Below, piece after piece: positions 9,357-18,900 of a stretch of 64,000 nt of DNA (position 1 is the stretch's first letter; the number at the start of each line of letters is the position of its first letter). Made by a program: the position numbers and the translations under genes. This DNA comes from an uncultured Bacteroidales bacterium (GTDB lineage Bacteria; Bacteroidota; Bacteroidia; Bacteroidales; FEN-979), in NCBI GenBank assembly GCA_903929315.1, contig CAIYUC010000211.1, positions 8,274 through 72,273 on the forward strand. Direction: 5' to 3'. The notes beneath the pieces are model-generated. The model saw only the letters and a list, made by a program, of their open reading frames with translations. It had not been told where the DNA came from and ran no database searches.

Positions 9357-9416
9357 AGTCAACAGTCAGCAGTCAGCAGTTCAGCTCGTAATCCGTAATT
9401 CGTAATCCGTAATCAT
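9357..9416. repeat. two heptamer tandem arrays
   Basis: AGTCAAC/AGTCAGC/AGTCAGC at 9357; CGTAATC/CGTAATT/CGTAATC/CGTAATC at 9387. Confidence 0.85.
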
Positions 9417-9449
9417 TCTTGTCCACCTTCCAGCTGCCCATCTCAGAAC

Positions 9450-10853
9450 CTATTTGTGATTATAGGCTCCCAAATCAGGTGGATTCCCTCGCATGACACC
9501 CTTGATATCAGAATATACAGTCGTAGGGATCCCTTTCCCGATAGCCGGCGATATACTGTCAATCTGGTAGTTGAATGTCAGAGGATCAATGAACCGGGGA
9601 TCCTGGTTGACAAAACAACCACTGAAATGAGTGAGATTTGTGGTTTTCTGCTCTGTTTTTATAAGACAGTGGTCGAACTGGAATTTGAACTGGGCGGCAC
9701 TTGTCGAATCGGTGAACATTTCTTCGGTCTGGTCGCCGTAAATGATCGAATTTATGATGTTTGCATGCGTCAAATCATTTGAGACCTTGATTCCTTTGCT
9801 GTTATAAGTATAATTTGTGATATAAATCGATGGGGCTGTCCTTACCGAGTTGTTCCAGTAATTCCCGATTGTGAGCTGACGAAAATCATACGTTCCTCCT
9901 TTTACCATGGAAAGGGAAGATCCTCCGCAATTCCCGACCACGCAGTTCGTAGATACTACTGAGGTAGAATAAGCATAAATACCGCCGTAAGCAACATTCT
10001 GGATGATTGTATTGTCGATTTTCAATACTGGTGGGGGAGAGGCACTGCTGGAATCAATATAGATACCCCAATTACCATTTTTAATGATTGCATAATCGAT
10101 ATAGTTGGTTTTACTTCCGCGTTTAAGATAGATACCGTTCCATTGGCCGGGAAGATCCCTGTAAAAAGGATCCAGGCGGTCTCCCTGAAAGGTCACAGGG
10201 TGATCCAGGTTCCCATAAACATTCAGTGTGGCATTATAGGATATATCCAACTCGGATTTACCGTGGAAAAACATTTTTACACCTGGCAGCAGGGTCAGGG
10301 ATGAAGCGGTGTCCACCCTCAGTGCCCCATATATGACACGGGGTTTAAGGCTATCCCATGTAATGTTTCCTTTGAGGATTATGTTTTTATAGAAATAAGC
10401 GTCCTGCCCCCAGGCTACCAGCTTTACATTTTGATGGTTGCCGTTTGTCAGGAAGAGGATGGAATCAGAGACGATAAATGGTGCGTTTTGGTTGTTCGGA
10501 TTGATCGTGACTTTGACGAAAATGTAAATGCTGTCATTGGCAGGGATGTCAACATCACTTACGGAATTTGCTGCAACCCCGTCGATATTAAGGCTGTAAT
10601 TTGATTGGGAACCACCGGCAAGCTGAATAGAGGAAACCTGGATTTTTGAATTATTGTTATTAAACACCAGAAGTCGCTGGTTAACCGATCCGACAGTGCT
10701 AAATACAGTATCAAAGAAAACTGTGTCGGTCGAGAAATTAAGCACCAGGGAAGGGTTCGAATCAATCTTGTCTTTTTTACGGCAGGAGATCAAACCGATA
10801 GTAGCTGAAAATACGATCAGAAAAATAAGCAATTTACCTGTTTTCAAAATCAT
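9450..10853 (-). CDS. lipoprotein with probable right-handed beta-helix region
   Basis: Lipobox LISC; Ig-like N-terminal part; GQWNGIY, DYAIIKNG repeats; DPRF...SPAIGKG...PDLGAY C-terminal motif. Confidence 0.65.
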   Translation of the reverse strand: MILKTGKLLIFLIVFSATIGLISCRKKDKIDSNPSLVLNFSTDTVFFDTVFSTVGSVNQRLLVFNNNNSKIQVSSIQLAGGSQSNYSLNIDGVAANSVSDVDIPANDSIYIFVKVTINPNNQNAPFIVSDSILFLTNGNHQNVKLVAWGQDAYFYKNIILKGNITWDSLKPRVIYGALRVDTASSLTLLPGVKMFFHGKSELDISYNATLNVYGNLDHPVTFQGDRLDPFYRDLPGQWNGIYLKRGSKTNYIDYAIIKNGNWGIYIDSSSASPPPVLKIDNTIIQNVAYGGIYAYSTSVVSTNCVVGNCGGSSLSMVKGGTYDFRQLTIGNYWNNSVRTAPSIYITNYTYNSKGIKVSNDLTHANIINSIIYGDQTEEMFTDSTSAAQFKFQFDHCLIKTEQKTTNLTHFSGCFVNQDPRFIDPLTFNYQIDSISPAIGKGIPTTVYSDIKGVMRGNPPDLGAYNHK

Positions 10854-10871
10854 CTACATGGATTTAGAATG

Positions 10872-10933
10872 CAAATATATTGGAAATTAAGAATTAATTA
10901 ATAACGAAAAACCCGGCTTTTATTGTAAATTTG
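10872..10933. promoter_or_regulatory. divergent Bacteroidota -7 promoter boxes
   Basis: TATATTTG on - strand (10872-10879) before the lipoprotein gene; TAAATTTG on + strand (10926-10933) before the glycogen operon. Confidence 0.55.
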
Positions 10934-10992
10934 CAGCCCGTTTATTCATTTATTTAGTTTAAATAGAAAGCATTTCGGAAAAACATGCATCA

Positions 10993-12945
10993 ATGAGCTA
11001 TATCAATTTTGACAAAAACCAGTTAGTAAATTTAGAATATTCTTTAAGCCGGGAAATAATACGATCTAACCGGGCAGGTTCATATGCAAGTTCCACCATT
11101 ATTAATTGTAATACGCGAAAGTACCATGGAATGCTGGTAACTCTTCAACCGGGGATCGATAATGAAAACCATGTGCTATTATCCTCACTCGATGAGACGA
11201 TTATTCAACGTGAAGCTGACTTTAATCTGAGTATTCATAAATATCCTGGTGGAGTTTATAATCCCAAAGGTCATAAATATGTCACCGATTTTGTGACGGA
11301 ACCCATTCCAAAACTGACATACAGGGTAGGAGGCGTGGTACTTACAAAAGAAATGATCTTTACCACCAGCGAAGACAGGATGATAATAAAATATACCCTT
11401 GAAGATGCTCATTCCAGTACAAAGTTAAGACTGCGGCCATTCCTGGCTTTCCGTAATGTTCACCGGCTGAGTAAACAGAATATTTTTGTCGAAAAGAAAT
11501 ATGAAAAAATCGGGAACGGAATAAAAGTAAGAATGTATTTGGGGTATACTGATCTTTTCCTCCAGATTTCCAGGACAAATGATTATACTCATGTTCCCGA
11601 ATGGTATTATAATATTGAGTACCAGGAAGAAATGGAAAGGGGTTATGAATACCAGGAAGATCTGTATGTCCCCGGTTATTTTGAATGTGAAATTGCTAAA
11701 GGGGAAAGTATATATTTTTCTGCCGGCATAAGTGAGATCAATCCTTCTGGTATCAAACGGGCTTATAACCTTGAGTTGAAAAAACGGATCCCGCGGAATA
11801 ACTTTGAGAACTGCCTTTTCAATTCCGCCCATCAGTTTATTGTTAAAAAGGGAAGCAAGGTAGAAATCATCGCTGGTTTTCCCTGGTTCGGAAGATGGGG
11901 TAGGGATACCTTCATTTCCCTGCCAGGCCTTACTTTGGTAACAGGAGAATACAAAACATGTAAGAGCGTTATTGACAGCATGATTGCTGACCTCAAAGGA
12001 CCTTTATTCCCAAATCTTGGTTCAGGCGGTAATTCAGCATATAATTCTGTTGATGCTTCGTTATGGTTCTTTTGGGCATTGCAGCAGTATGCGGAATTTA
12101 CCAAAACCCAGGATCAGATATGGAAGGAATATGGGAAAAAAATGAAGTTGATCCTTGAAGGATACCGGGCTGGGACCCAGTTTAACATCCATATGGACGA
12201 GAATGGTCTCATCTATGCAGGCGAACCTGGAAAAGCGCTTACATGGATGGATGCTATCGTGCATGGGAAGCCCGTAACACCAAGGATCGGGTTTGCCGTG
12301 GAGATAAATGCTCTGTGGTACAATGCCGTTTGCTTCAGTATTGAAATGGCAAAATTGGGCGGAAACAAGGCTTTTGTCAAAGCATGGACCCCAATCAGGG
12401 ACAGAATACCGGATGCTTTTATACAGACGTTCTGGAACCCGGCAAAGAAATACCTTGCTGATTATGTCAACGGGGATTATAAGGACTGGTCGGAACGACC
12501 GAATATGGTTTTTGTCACTTCCTTGCCATACAGCCCGGTAAATGAGGATATTTGCAAGGATGTCCTGAATACGGTCAAGCAAGAATTATTAACGCCAAGA
12601 GGACTACGCACTTTATCACCCAAAAATCCAATCTACAAAGGGACTTATTATGGAGACCAGGCCCAGCGTGATCTCGCTTATCACCAGGGAACTGTCTGGC
12701 CATGGTTGTTGGGCCATTTCACAGAAGGATATCTGAAAATCTATGGTAAAACCGGTCTTCCTTTCATTAAAGCCTTATACCAGGGTTTCGAACCGGTAAT
12801 GACCGAAAATGGGATCGGGACCATCTCTGAGATCTATGACGGCGATCCGCCCCATACCGCCAGGGGAGCCATTTCCCAAGCCTGGAGCGTAGCGGAATTA
12901 CTCAGGATTCATTGGCTGATTAAAAAATATGAAGGGGGAAAATAA
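10993..12945 (+). CDS. glycogen debranching enzyme (amylo-alpha-1,6-glucosidase, archaeal/Bacteroidota type)
   Basis: NTRKYHG, AGFPWFGRWGRDTFISLPGL, LTWMDA, YHQGTVWPW, SQAWSVAE. Confidence 0.9.
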   Translation: MSYINFDKNQLVNLEYSLSREIIRSNRAGSYASSTIINCNTRKYHGMLVTLQPGIDNENHVLLSSLDETIIQREADFNLSIHKYPGGVYNPKGHKYVTDFVTEPIPKLTYRVGGVVLTKEMIFTTSEDRMIIKYTLEDAHSSTKLRLRPFLAFRNVHRLSKQNIFVEKKYEKIGNGIKVRMYLGYTDLFLQISRTNDYTHVPEWYYNIEYQEEMERGYEYQEDLYVPGYFECEIAKGESIYFSAGISEINPSGIKRAYNLELKKRIPRNNFENCLFNSAHQFIVKKGSKVEIIAGFPWFGRWGRDTFISLPGLTLVTGEYKTCKSVIDSMIADLKGPLFPNLGSGGNSAYNSVDASLWFFWALQQYAEFTKTQDQIWKEYGKKMKLILEGYRAGTQFNIHMDENGLIYAGEPGKALTWMDAIVHGKPVTPRIGFAVEINALWYNAVCFSIEMAKLGGNKAFVKAWTPIRDRIPDAFIQTFWNPAKKYLADYVNGDYKDWSERPNMVFVTSLPYSPVNEDICKDVLNTVKQELLTPRGLRTLSPKNPIYKGTYYGDQAQRDLAYHQGTVWPWLLGHFTEGYLKIYGKTGLPFIKALYQGFEPVMTENGIGTISEIYDGDPPHTARGAISQAWSVAELLRIHWLIKKYEGGK

Positions 12946-12953
12946 AGATTAAC

Positions 12954-12983
12954 TGACTAATGACTAAATTACTAAATGACTAA
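12954..12983. repeat. TGACTAA-type 7/8-nt tandem array between operon genes
   Basis: tgactaa tgactaa attactaa atgactaa immediately before ATG 12987. Confidence 0.7.
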
Positions 12984-12986
12984 AAG

Positions 12987-14276
12987 ATGCGCGTTTTAAT
13001 GTTCGGGTGGGAATTTCCACCACATATTACAGGAGGGTTGGGAACTGCATGTTACGGATTGACAAAAGGATTGGTCCAGCATGGAGTTGAAGTGATCTTT
13101 GTGGTTCCCAAAGCTTACGGCGACGAAGCAGAGGATGGATTCCGTCTGATGAATGCGGGCGATGTATTGATTGATTATAATGATTTGCAATTTCGTGAGC
13201 ATTTAAGCAAGATAAAATTCATGGAGATCGGTTCCAATCTTATTCCTTATGTCGGACCGGAAGAATTTGAATTATTGGTCGGTCAGGAAGAGAAAAAAGA
13301 AACTTCTCAAACAAAGATTTCGCACACAAAAAGATTTGAATTTTCAGGAAAATATGGGCATAACCTGATGGAAGAAGTTGCCAGGTATGCTCTCGTCGCA
13401 TCTTCCATTGCACTAAACAATGACTTTGACGTTATTCATGCGCATGATTGGCTGACCTATCCGGCCGGAGTAGCTTCAAAAAATATCAGTGGCAAACCAT
13501 TGATCGTGCATGTTCATGCGACCGAATTTGACCGTTCGGGAGAGAATATAAACCAGGATGTCTATGATATTGAACGGAAAGGAATGGAAGCAGCGGACAG
13601 GGTGATCACCGTAAGCAATTTCACCCGCCAGATCGTGATCGAGCGATATAACATTTCTCCGGATAAGGTTGTCACCGTTCATAACGCCGTCGAGTCGGTT
13701 GAAAAGCCTGGCCTGGATGACGTTCAGAAGCATATCAATGAAAAGGTCGTAACTTTTCTTGGCCGTGTTACATTTCAGAAAGGGCCTGATTATTTTATTG
13801 AAGCTGCGAACAAAGTATTAAAAAAGGATGAAAATGTGAGGTTCGTGATGGCTGGCTCTGGCGATCTGCTGAACCGGATGATCAGGCGGGTGGCTAAATT
13901 ACACATTGCGACGAAATTTCATTTCACGGGTTTTTTAACCGGGCCCGATGTCGACAAAATGTTTACCCTGAGTGATGTCTATGTCATGCCATCGGTGTCT
14001 GAACCCTTTGGAATATCTCCACTTGAGGCAATGCGTTCAAATGTACCGGTCGTCATATCAAAACAATCCGGCGTTTCTGAAGTATTGAAACATGCTTTAA
14101 AGGTAGACTTCTGGGATATCGATGCTTTGGCTGACGCGATATATGCACTGTTGCATTATGAGGGAATAAAAAAAATGTTCCTCCGGTATGGCAAGACCGA
14201 AGTCGATAACCTCAAGTGGGATAATGCAGCATCAAAAGTATTGGAAGTCTATAACGAGGTAACAATCAATGTCTAA
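12987..14276 (+). CDS. GT4-family glycosyltransferase (glycogen-cluster type)
   Basis: WEFPPHITGGLG, HAHDW, QKGP, SEPFGISPLEAM. Confidence 0.9.
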   Translation: MRVLMFGWEFPPHITGGLGTACYGLTKGLVQHGVEVIFVVPKAYGDEAEDGFRLMNAGDVLIDYNDLQFREHLSKIKFMEIGSNLIPYVGPEEFELLVGQEEKKETSQTKISHTKRFEFSGKYGHNLMEEVARYALVASSIALNNDFDVIHAHDWLTYPAGVASKNISGKPLIVHVHATEFDRSGENINQDVYDIERKGMEAADRVITVSNFTRQIVIERYNISPDKVVTVHNAVESVEKPGLDDVQKHINEKVVTFLGRVTFQKGPDYFIEAANKVLKKDENVRFVMAGSGDLLNRMIRRVAKLHIATKFHFTGFLTGPDVDKMFTLSDVYVMPSVSEPFGISPLEAMRSNVPVVISKQSGVSEVLKHALKVDFWDIDALADAIYALLHYEGIKKMFLRYGKTEVDNLKWDNAASKVLEVYNEVTINV

Positions 14277-14338
14277 TGACTTATTCCCTATTTTCTAATG
14301 CCTATTGCCTTTCATTTTGAACGAGTAACAAAAAAAAT

Positions 14339-15946
14339 ATGAGATCCATTTGTTTATATTTCCAGGTCCATCAACCTTACCGGTTAAAAACCTATCGGTT
14401 TTTCCATATCGGTGATGACCACCAGTATTTTGATGATTATCAAAACCGAAGCATTCTTCGCCGGGTATCTGAGAAATGTTATCTTCCTGCCAATAAAATT
14501 ATGCTCGGTCTTATTCGTGAATATGGTAGTGCATTTAAAATCAGTTATTCTATCTCGGGAACTGCATTGGAGCAACTTCAGCAATATGCTCCTGAAGTTA
14601 TTCAAAGCTTTAAGGAACTGGCTAATACCGGTAGTGTTGAATTTTTAGCAGAGCCATATGCCCATTCACTCGCATCACTAAGCAGTCCTGAGGAGTTTGT
14701 TCAACAGGTGAAACTTCATACTGATACAATAGGGGGAATTTTTGGCCATCGCCCCACAACATTCCGTAATTCCGAATTGATCTATTCCGACAAGATTGGT
14801 GAGATGATCGCAGAAATGGGATTTAAAACTATGATCACGGAAGGCGCAAAACATATCCTCGGATGGAAAAGTCCGAATTATTTGTATTGCAGTGCTGTAA
14901 ATCCAAAATTAAAGATTTTTTTAAGGAACTCCAGATTGAGTGACGATATTTCTTTCCGCTTTTCTGATCATGCCTGGGCAGAATGGCCCCTCACAACAGA
15001 AAAATTCGCAGAATGGCTGAACCGCATTGATCCCCTGGAAGAAGTGATGAATGTAGCGATGGATTATGAAACAATAGGGGAAAGACAATGGAAAGAAACC
15101 GGAATATTTGACTTTTTCAAATCTCTTCCCAAAACTATTTTTTCAAAATCAAATTATACTTTTAATACACCGGCCGATCTTACTGAAAAACTTCAGCCTG
15201 TCGCATCAATTCATGTTCCTTATCCCATATCCTGGGCGGATGAAGAAAGGGATATTACTTCCTGGTTAGGGAATGAATTACAGGATGAAGCATTTGCCAA
15301 ATTATACTCTGTCCAGGAAAAGGTAAGTCATTGCAAGGATGCTGCTTTACAGCGGGATTGGAGATTATTGCAGACCACCGATCATTTCTACTATATGAGT
15401 ACAAAATGGTTCTCCGATGGTGGTATTCATAAGTATTTCAACCCTTACCCATCTCCTTATGAGGCATTTATTAATTATATGAATGTACTTTCGGATTTTA
15501 TTCTTAGAGTGGAAAGTGAATTAATTACCCATAAAATAACGCGAACCATTGGCCGGAATATAAAGGTTGAAAAACCGATAATGAAAGGTAAAAAAACTTT
15601 ACCAGTAAGGAAAGCCCGGGAAATAGTATCCATGAAAAGCAAAGGAAAGAGAATGCCGGAAGTTGGAAAAAAGGAAAGTAAAAGTCCTGGAATTGACTTT
15701 AATAATATCCTGCAGCTTTCCGACCGTAAAATAAAGGAAATGGTTAAAAAGTTTGACATTGAAACAATAACAATTGCATTGAAAGGATCCAAAAAAGAGA
15801 TTAAAGATAAAATAGAGAAGAATATGGGGAAATCAGTGTTAAAAAAGTATACTGAGCTTTTTACTCAACTCAAGAAAGTTAAAACTTCAGAAGTTGAAAA
15901 AAACCGGAAGAAAATCGAAAAAGAGATCATTTCATTATTGAAATAA
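14339..15946 (+). CDS. GH57 alpha-amylase-like glycoside hydrolase with a lysine-rich linker and C-terminal FliG-C-like domain
   Basis: FQVHQP, FRNSELIY, MDYETIGE, SWADEERD, QTTDHFYYM GH57 motifs to about aa 395; tail FNNILQLSDRKIKEMVKKFDIETITIALKGSKKEIKDKIEKNM. Confidence 0.88.
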   Translation: MRSICLYFQVHQPYRLKTYRFFHIGDDHQYFDDYQNRSILRRVSEKCYLPANKIMLGLIREYGSAFKISYSISGTALEQLQQYAPEVIQSFKELANTGSVEFLAEPYAHSLASLSSPEEFVQQVKLHTDTIGGIFGHRPTTFRNSELIYSDKIGEMIAEMGFKTMITEGAKHILGWKSPNYLYCSAVNPKLKIFLRNSRLSDDISFRFSDHAWAEWPLTTEKFAEWLNRIDPLEEVMNVAMDYETIGERQWKETGIFDFFKSLPKTIFSKSNYTFNTPADLTEKLQPVASIHVPYPISWADEERDITSWLGNELQDEAFAKLYSVQEKVSHCKDAALQRDWRLLQTTDHFYYMSTKWFSDGGIHKYFNPYPSPYEAFINYMNVLSDFILRVESELITHKITRTIGRNIKVEKPIMKGKKTLPVRKAREIVSMKSKGKRMPEVGKKESKSPGIDFNNILQLSDRKIKEMVKKFDIETITIALKGSKKEIKDKIEKNMGKSVLKKYTELFTQLKKVKTSEVEKNRKKIEKEIISLLK

Positions 15947-15952
15947 TTGACT

Positions 15953-18900
15953 ATGCAAAGCGAAAGTGCCCTGCTAAAACCCGATTATTTGTTTGAAACA
16001 AGCTGGGAAGTATGCAATAAAGTCGGAGGGATTTACACTGTCATTTCTACCAAAGCACTTACCCTGGTTAATGAATTTAATGACAACTATATCCTGATTG
16101 GCCCGGATGTCTGGAAGGAGACGCACCAGAACCCTGAATTCCTTGAAGATAAGTTTCTTTATAAAGCCTGGAGGCAGAAAGCTGAAAGTGAAGGTCTCAG
16201 GATTAAAATCGGCCGGTGGAACAGCGTTTTCAAACCGGTCGTAATCCTGGTTGATTTCACTCCTTATTTTTCCGAGAAGGACAAGATCTTTGCATGGTTA
16301 TGGGAAACCTATAAGTTGGATTCCCTCACCGGAGGATGGGATTATATTGAGCCGGCTCTTTTCGGTTATGCTGCAGGAAAGATCATCGAAAGTTTTTACA
16401 ATTTTAACATTTCATTTCATGATAAGATCGTGGCCCAATTTCATGAATGGATGACCGGAACAGGCATTCTTTACCTGAAGAATAAAGTGCCCCAAATAGG
16501 AACTGTCTTTACTACACATGCCACGGTTGTCGGGCGTTCCATTGCCGGTAACGGATTGCCCTTATATAAGGACATGAAATTCTTTAATGCTGAAAAAATA
16601 GCGGAACAATTCGGTATAATGGCTAAACAATCCCTTGAAAGACTTTCAGCGGAGGAATGTGACAGTTTTACTACCGTCAGCCAGATCACAAATACCGAAT
16701 GCAGTCAATTTCTTGGTAAAGAAGCAAGTGTGATCACTCCGAACGGGTTCGAAGATACATTTGTTCCTGAAAAAGAAAAATATTATGAGAAGCGCGCGCA
16801 GGCTCAACAAAAGTTATTCCAGGTTGCTGAAGGCCTGATGAACCAGCATCTTCCAAGGAATAGTATTCTGATCATTAACAGCGGGAGATATGAATTTAAA
16901 AATAAGGGAATTGACATTTTTGTTGATGTCCTCGGGACATTGAATAAACAACCCCAACTGGACAGGCAAATTATCGCATTTATTACCATCCCTGCTTACC
17001 AAACAGGTCCAAGACTTGAAATCCTTGACAGGATGCAAAAAGCAGATTTTAGTACGCAGGTAACAGATCAATTCCTGACACATGGACTGCATGAACCGGA
17101 AAATGATCCGATCCTGCGAAGAATTCATCAGAACAACCTTCATAATCTCCCGGAAGACAAGGTAAAAGTGGTGTTTGTACCGGCATATCTCAATGGCTCG
17201 GATGGTATCTTTAATCTTAATTACTATGATTTTCTGATCGGTTTCGACGGATCGATTTTCCCTTCCTATTATGAACCGTGGGGATATACTCCGCTGGAAA
17301 GCATGGCATTTCACATCCCGACAATTACTACATCACTTTCCGGATTCGGACAATGGATCAAAACCCTTAGCCCCGGTGAGAATAATTGTATTACCATTGT
17401 TCCCCGGGATGATGACAATCATGATTTTGTAGTAAATGAAATCGTCAGCAAGGTATTGCTGGATAGCGGTAAACCGGAATCTGAGATTCAAAAAATGCGA
17501 TCCGATGCCTGTAAGATTTCGCATGCTGCATTATGGGCAAAACTAATTACGTTTTATTTTGAGGCATTTTCTTTTGCACTTGAAAAAGTATCCTCCAGAA
17601 TCGATTTATTTAAAAATAAACAACCACAGTTTCATATGATCACTGTGAAAAGTGTAACTGAAACAAAACCCGAATGGAAAAAAGTCCTTGTCAAACCTAA
17701 GGTGCCTTCAAACCTGGAAGGGCTATTAAGGATCGCAAAGAATTTATGGTGGACTTGGAATCATGAGGGTTCGGAATTGTTTGAGATGATCAACAAGGGA
17801 CGCTGGAAGGAACAAAAATTCAACCCGATTGCCCTGATCGAATCACTCACCTATCAGGATCTTCAGAAATTAAGCACCAACCAAAAATTCCTTGATAAAC
17901 TGCATGCAGTGACTATTCTCTTCGATGGATACATGTCAAAAGTTACTGAAAAAGACAAAAAAATGGTGGCTTATTTCAGTATGGAATATGGGTTACATGA
18001 CACTATTAAGATCTTTTCGGGAGGACTTGGTATGCTGGCAGGCGATTACCTGAAACAAGCGAGCGATTCCAATTTTAATGTAATTGCAATTGGTTTATTA
18101 TACCGTTACGGCTATTTCCAGCAAAGGATTTCAATCACCGGCGAGCAGATTGCATCTTACACTCCACAAAAATTCGCACACCTTCCCATTGAAGCTGTAA
18201 GGGATAAGGACAATAACTGGCTTAAGATATTTTTTGCTTTACCAGGACGGACAATGTATGCAAAAATATGGAGAGCTGATGTAGGCAGAATTCCTTTATA
18301 CTTGTTCGATACGGATATCGAAGAAAACATCGAAACCGACAGGGTGATTACTCATCAGCTTTATGGCGGTGACTCGGAGAACCGGCTGAGACAGGAGATC
18401 CTGCTGGGTATTGGCGGGATCCGGCTTCTGAATCTTTTAGATATAAAACCTGATATTTATCACAGTAATGAAGGTCATTCGGCTTTTATTGGGATAGAGC
18501 GATTAAGTATCCTGATACAAAAAGACAAATTAACCTTCAGCCAGGCATTGGAAGTAGTCCGTTCGTCCACTTTATTTACTACGCATACACCTGTGCCGGC
18601 AGGGCATGATACTTTCACCGAAGATCTTCTGCGAAAATATCTTTCACATTATCCCGATCGTCTTAATATAAAATGGGAACAGTTCATAAATCTGGGACGA
18701 ATGACAGAAAATGATCCTGACGAAAAGTTTTCCATGAGTGTGCTTGCCGCGAAATTATCCCAGGAAATCAATGCGGTAAGCCGTATCCATTGTGAAGTCA
18801 CCAGGCAGATGTTCGCCAAGCTTTACCAGGGTTATTATCCACACGAACTCCATATCGGCTATGTGACAAATGGTGTGCATTATCCCACCTGGACTGCCCT

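Noticed and set aside
8469-9416. Possible CRISPR array
   Set aside because: Units are 7-9 nt with no unique spacers, and no cas genes are in the window
15692-15946. Flagellar gene or flagellar cluster remnant
   Set aside because: The FliG-like segment is in frame with GH57 and no other flagellar gene is present
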